From Octopus sinensis (lineage: Eukaryota): a DNA stretch of 64,000 nt. How positions within the stretch are numbered: position 1 is the first letter of the stretch; the number at the start of each line of letters is the position of its first letter. The stretch covers positions 127,286,001 through 127,350,000 of the forward strand of contig NC_043001.1 of assembly GCF_006345805.1 (NCBI RefSeq), written 5' to 3'. Made by a program: the position numbers and the translations under genes. The notes beneath the pieces were generated by a model, which was not told the DNA's origin, ran no database searches, and saw only the letters and a program-made list of their open reading frames with translations. Below, piece by piece: positions 62,292 through 64,000 of the stretch.

Positions 62292-63581
62292 CATCTTTTC
62301 TTCAAAATTTGGGCAGGTTTCATTCTGGAGAAACCCAGCATGTGGAAAAGCAAACATTACAGTAAATCAAATATTCTAAAACTAATCCAAGCTTTACTCG
62401 TTAATGATTTCATTAGATGAAAAAAATCTGTCTATAAATTAACTTAAATCAACAAGTCATATTTTTCCTTCTTGTTATGAAATTTGGAACAAAGCTTACT
62501 CTGTACTTGAAGATGATCAGAAATGTTGATGTAAGCAGAATTTAATGCACCATTCTCATCATCATTGTTTTACATCTGCTTTTCATGCTGGCATGGGTTG
62601 GATAGGTTGTAGCTGCTCTTGTAGATGGGTGAGGGGACCATAGCCTGCTCGTAAGTTTTATTTTTGGCTTGGTTTTTTTGGTTACATGCCCTTCTGACAC
62701 CAACTACTTTACAAAGCTTACTGGGTGCATTTTTTCATGATACCAACACTAAAGAGGACAAAAGGAAGACAGTGATGGATGTCAATACTAGATGGCCAGG
62801 GAGAGAGATGTATGAAGGACATGCAGATTTGATAAAGTTACTTAAGTATATACTTCAAGATGTTGAGATAGCTAGGATAAAATTAAGAGGATCATACAGG
62901 TCCCATGACCTCCCTAGAGGATCATACATTGCTCCCATGACTGGAAGCAATGTAGGATGAACCAAAGAGACCCACTGTTATACTTAGTCACATCAGCAGC
63001 ATACATTCGTAAAAGATTATTTTATTGGAAAATGCTGAATATGCTTTCAGAATATTTTTTGCTGTGATAGACTTAATCCTGGTGTAACCCCATCACCAGG
63101 CCCTTCAGTACATTTAGCAGTCCACCACTCTATTAAAAGCATTCAGACTAGGTTTCTAGTCTGAAAATTTCCCGTGTGTAAGGATTTCTTTGTTATTTTT
63201 CTTCCATTGATCTTGAAAACTCTACAAAGAAAAGATCTTTGGCACTGCCCTGCCTTCTCTGACCAAGCTATAAATATTAAATCTGTTGTGAAAAAGCAAA
63301 GGTATTCCTCTATCAACCTAGCAAGTAGGTAAACTAATACAACCTGTAAGTTTAGGTTAAGAGGATGAACAAAGTATTTCAGTTGGATTAAACATAAAAT
63401 TAAGATCAACTATGCAATGTTAAGAATATGGTGGCCAATAATATCTTTGGTACATATAGGAAATATATCTCATGTTTGGGATCTTCAGCAGAATCATAAC
63501 CCTGCAGTACTTACTGATATGTTTGTCAATGAGTCAGAATTACTGAAAGCAAGGTGGAAGGTGTGATGTAAAAGTGTTTAA

Positions 63582-63802
63582 CCCTTTAGTGTTCGCATTA
63601 TTCTGCCAAAATTAATCCATTTTTATCCACATTGTTTTGAACTAATCATGCATTATCTTGTAGTTATGAGATTCTGATGAGGTAGCTGTTAATTTTTAAA
63701 ACGATATTGTAGGGTTGGTGTGAGAGACCAGATCTGGCCAGTTTGAACATAAAACAGGCAGAATACTTTTGGCCGGATATGGCTGGTTTAAATGCTAAAG
63801 GG
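63582..63802. mobile_element. piggyBac-like MITE, 221 bp, TTAA-flanked
   Basis: Same family as 54337-54557, in the opposite orientation. Confidence 0.9.
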
Positions 63803-64000
63803 TTAAAAAATGAGGTAATATTAAGAATCCAGAGAAGCTTGTGGTAGTTAATCCATAAAAGTTCAAAGAAAAGTACAATTTACTTAGAGGATTGACGAAG
63901 TCAGTGTTTCAGAAACTTGTATATTTTTGAAGAGAAAGAATATTGAGGCTAACAGCACAGTTGCAAAAAGGCACTAGGGGAAAGAAAGAGTAACTTGGAA

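Noticed and set aside
61634-64000. Search for the GOLT1B terminal exon
   Set aside because: No acceptor followed by a short Got1-like C-terminus and stop was found; it is probably beyond the window.

Overview
AT-rich, microsatellite-dense animal genomic DNA. The SINE families and repeat landscape look like an octopus (coleoid cephalopod) genome; this is inference from recalled repeat families, not a database result. The only host gene I can firmly support is a GOLT1B/Got1 vesicle-transport homologue on the + strand. Four coding exons lie at 45012-45036, 54865-54956, 58795-58973 and 61552-61633, and I could not find the terminal exon in the window. Most of the rest is mobile DNA: a decayed Gypsy element (0.5-3.7 kb), a 5'-truncated Penelope-like element (11.4-14.2 kb), three decayed Tc1/mariner-superfamily transposons, CR1/RTE/other LINE fragments, Helitron-like and piggyBac-like non-autonomous elements, foldback palindromes and dozens of copies of four or five SINE families. 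The main unexpected signal is about a dozen type I hammerhead ribozyme motifs from several distinct sequence families. Many have a self-complementary helix III and sit in head-to-head inverted repeats. A related repeat family also carries hammerhead parts in a non-canonical order with compensatory base changes. Coordinates were counted by hand; repeat boundaries may be off by several bases. No folding or database search was run.
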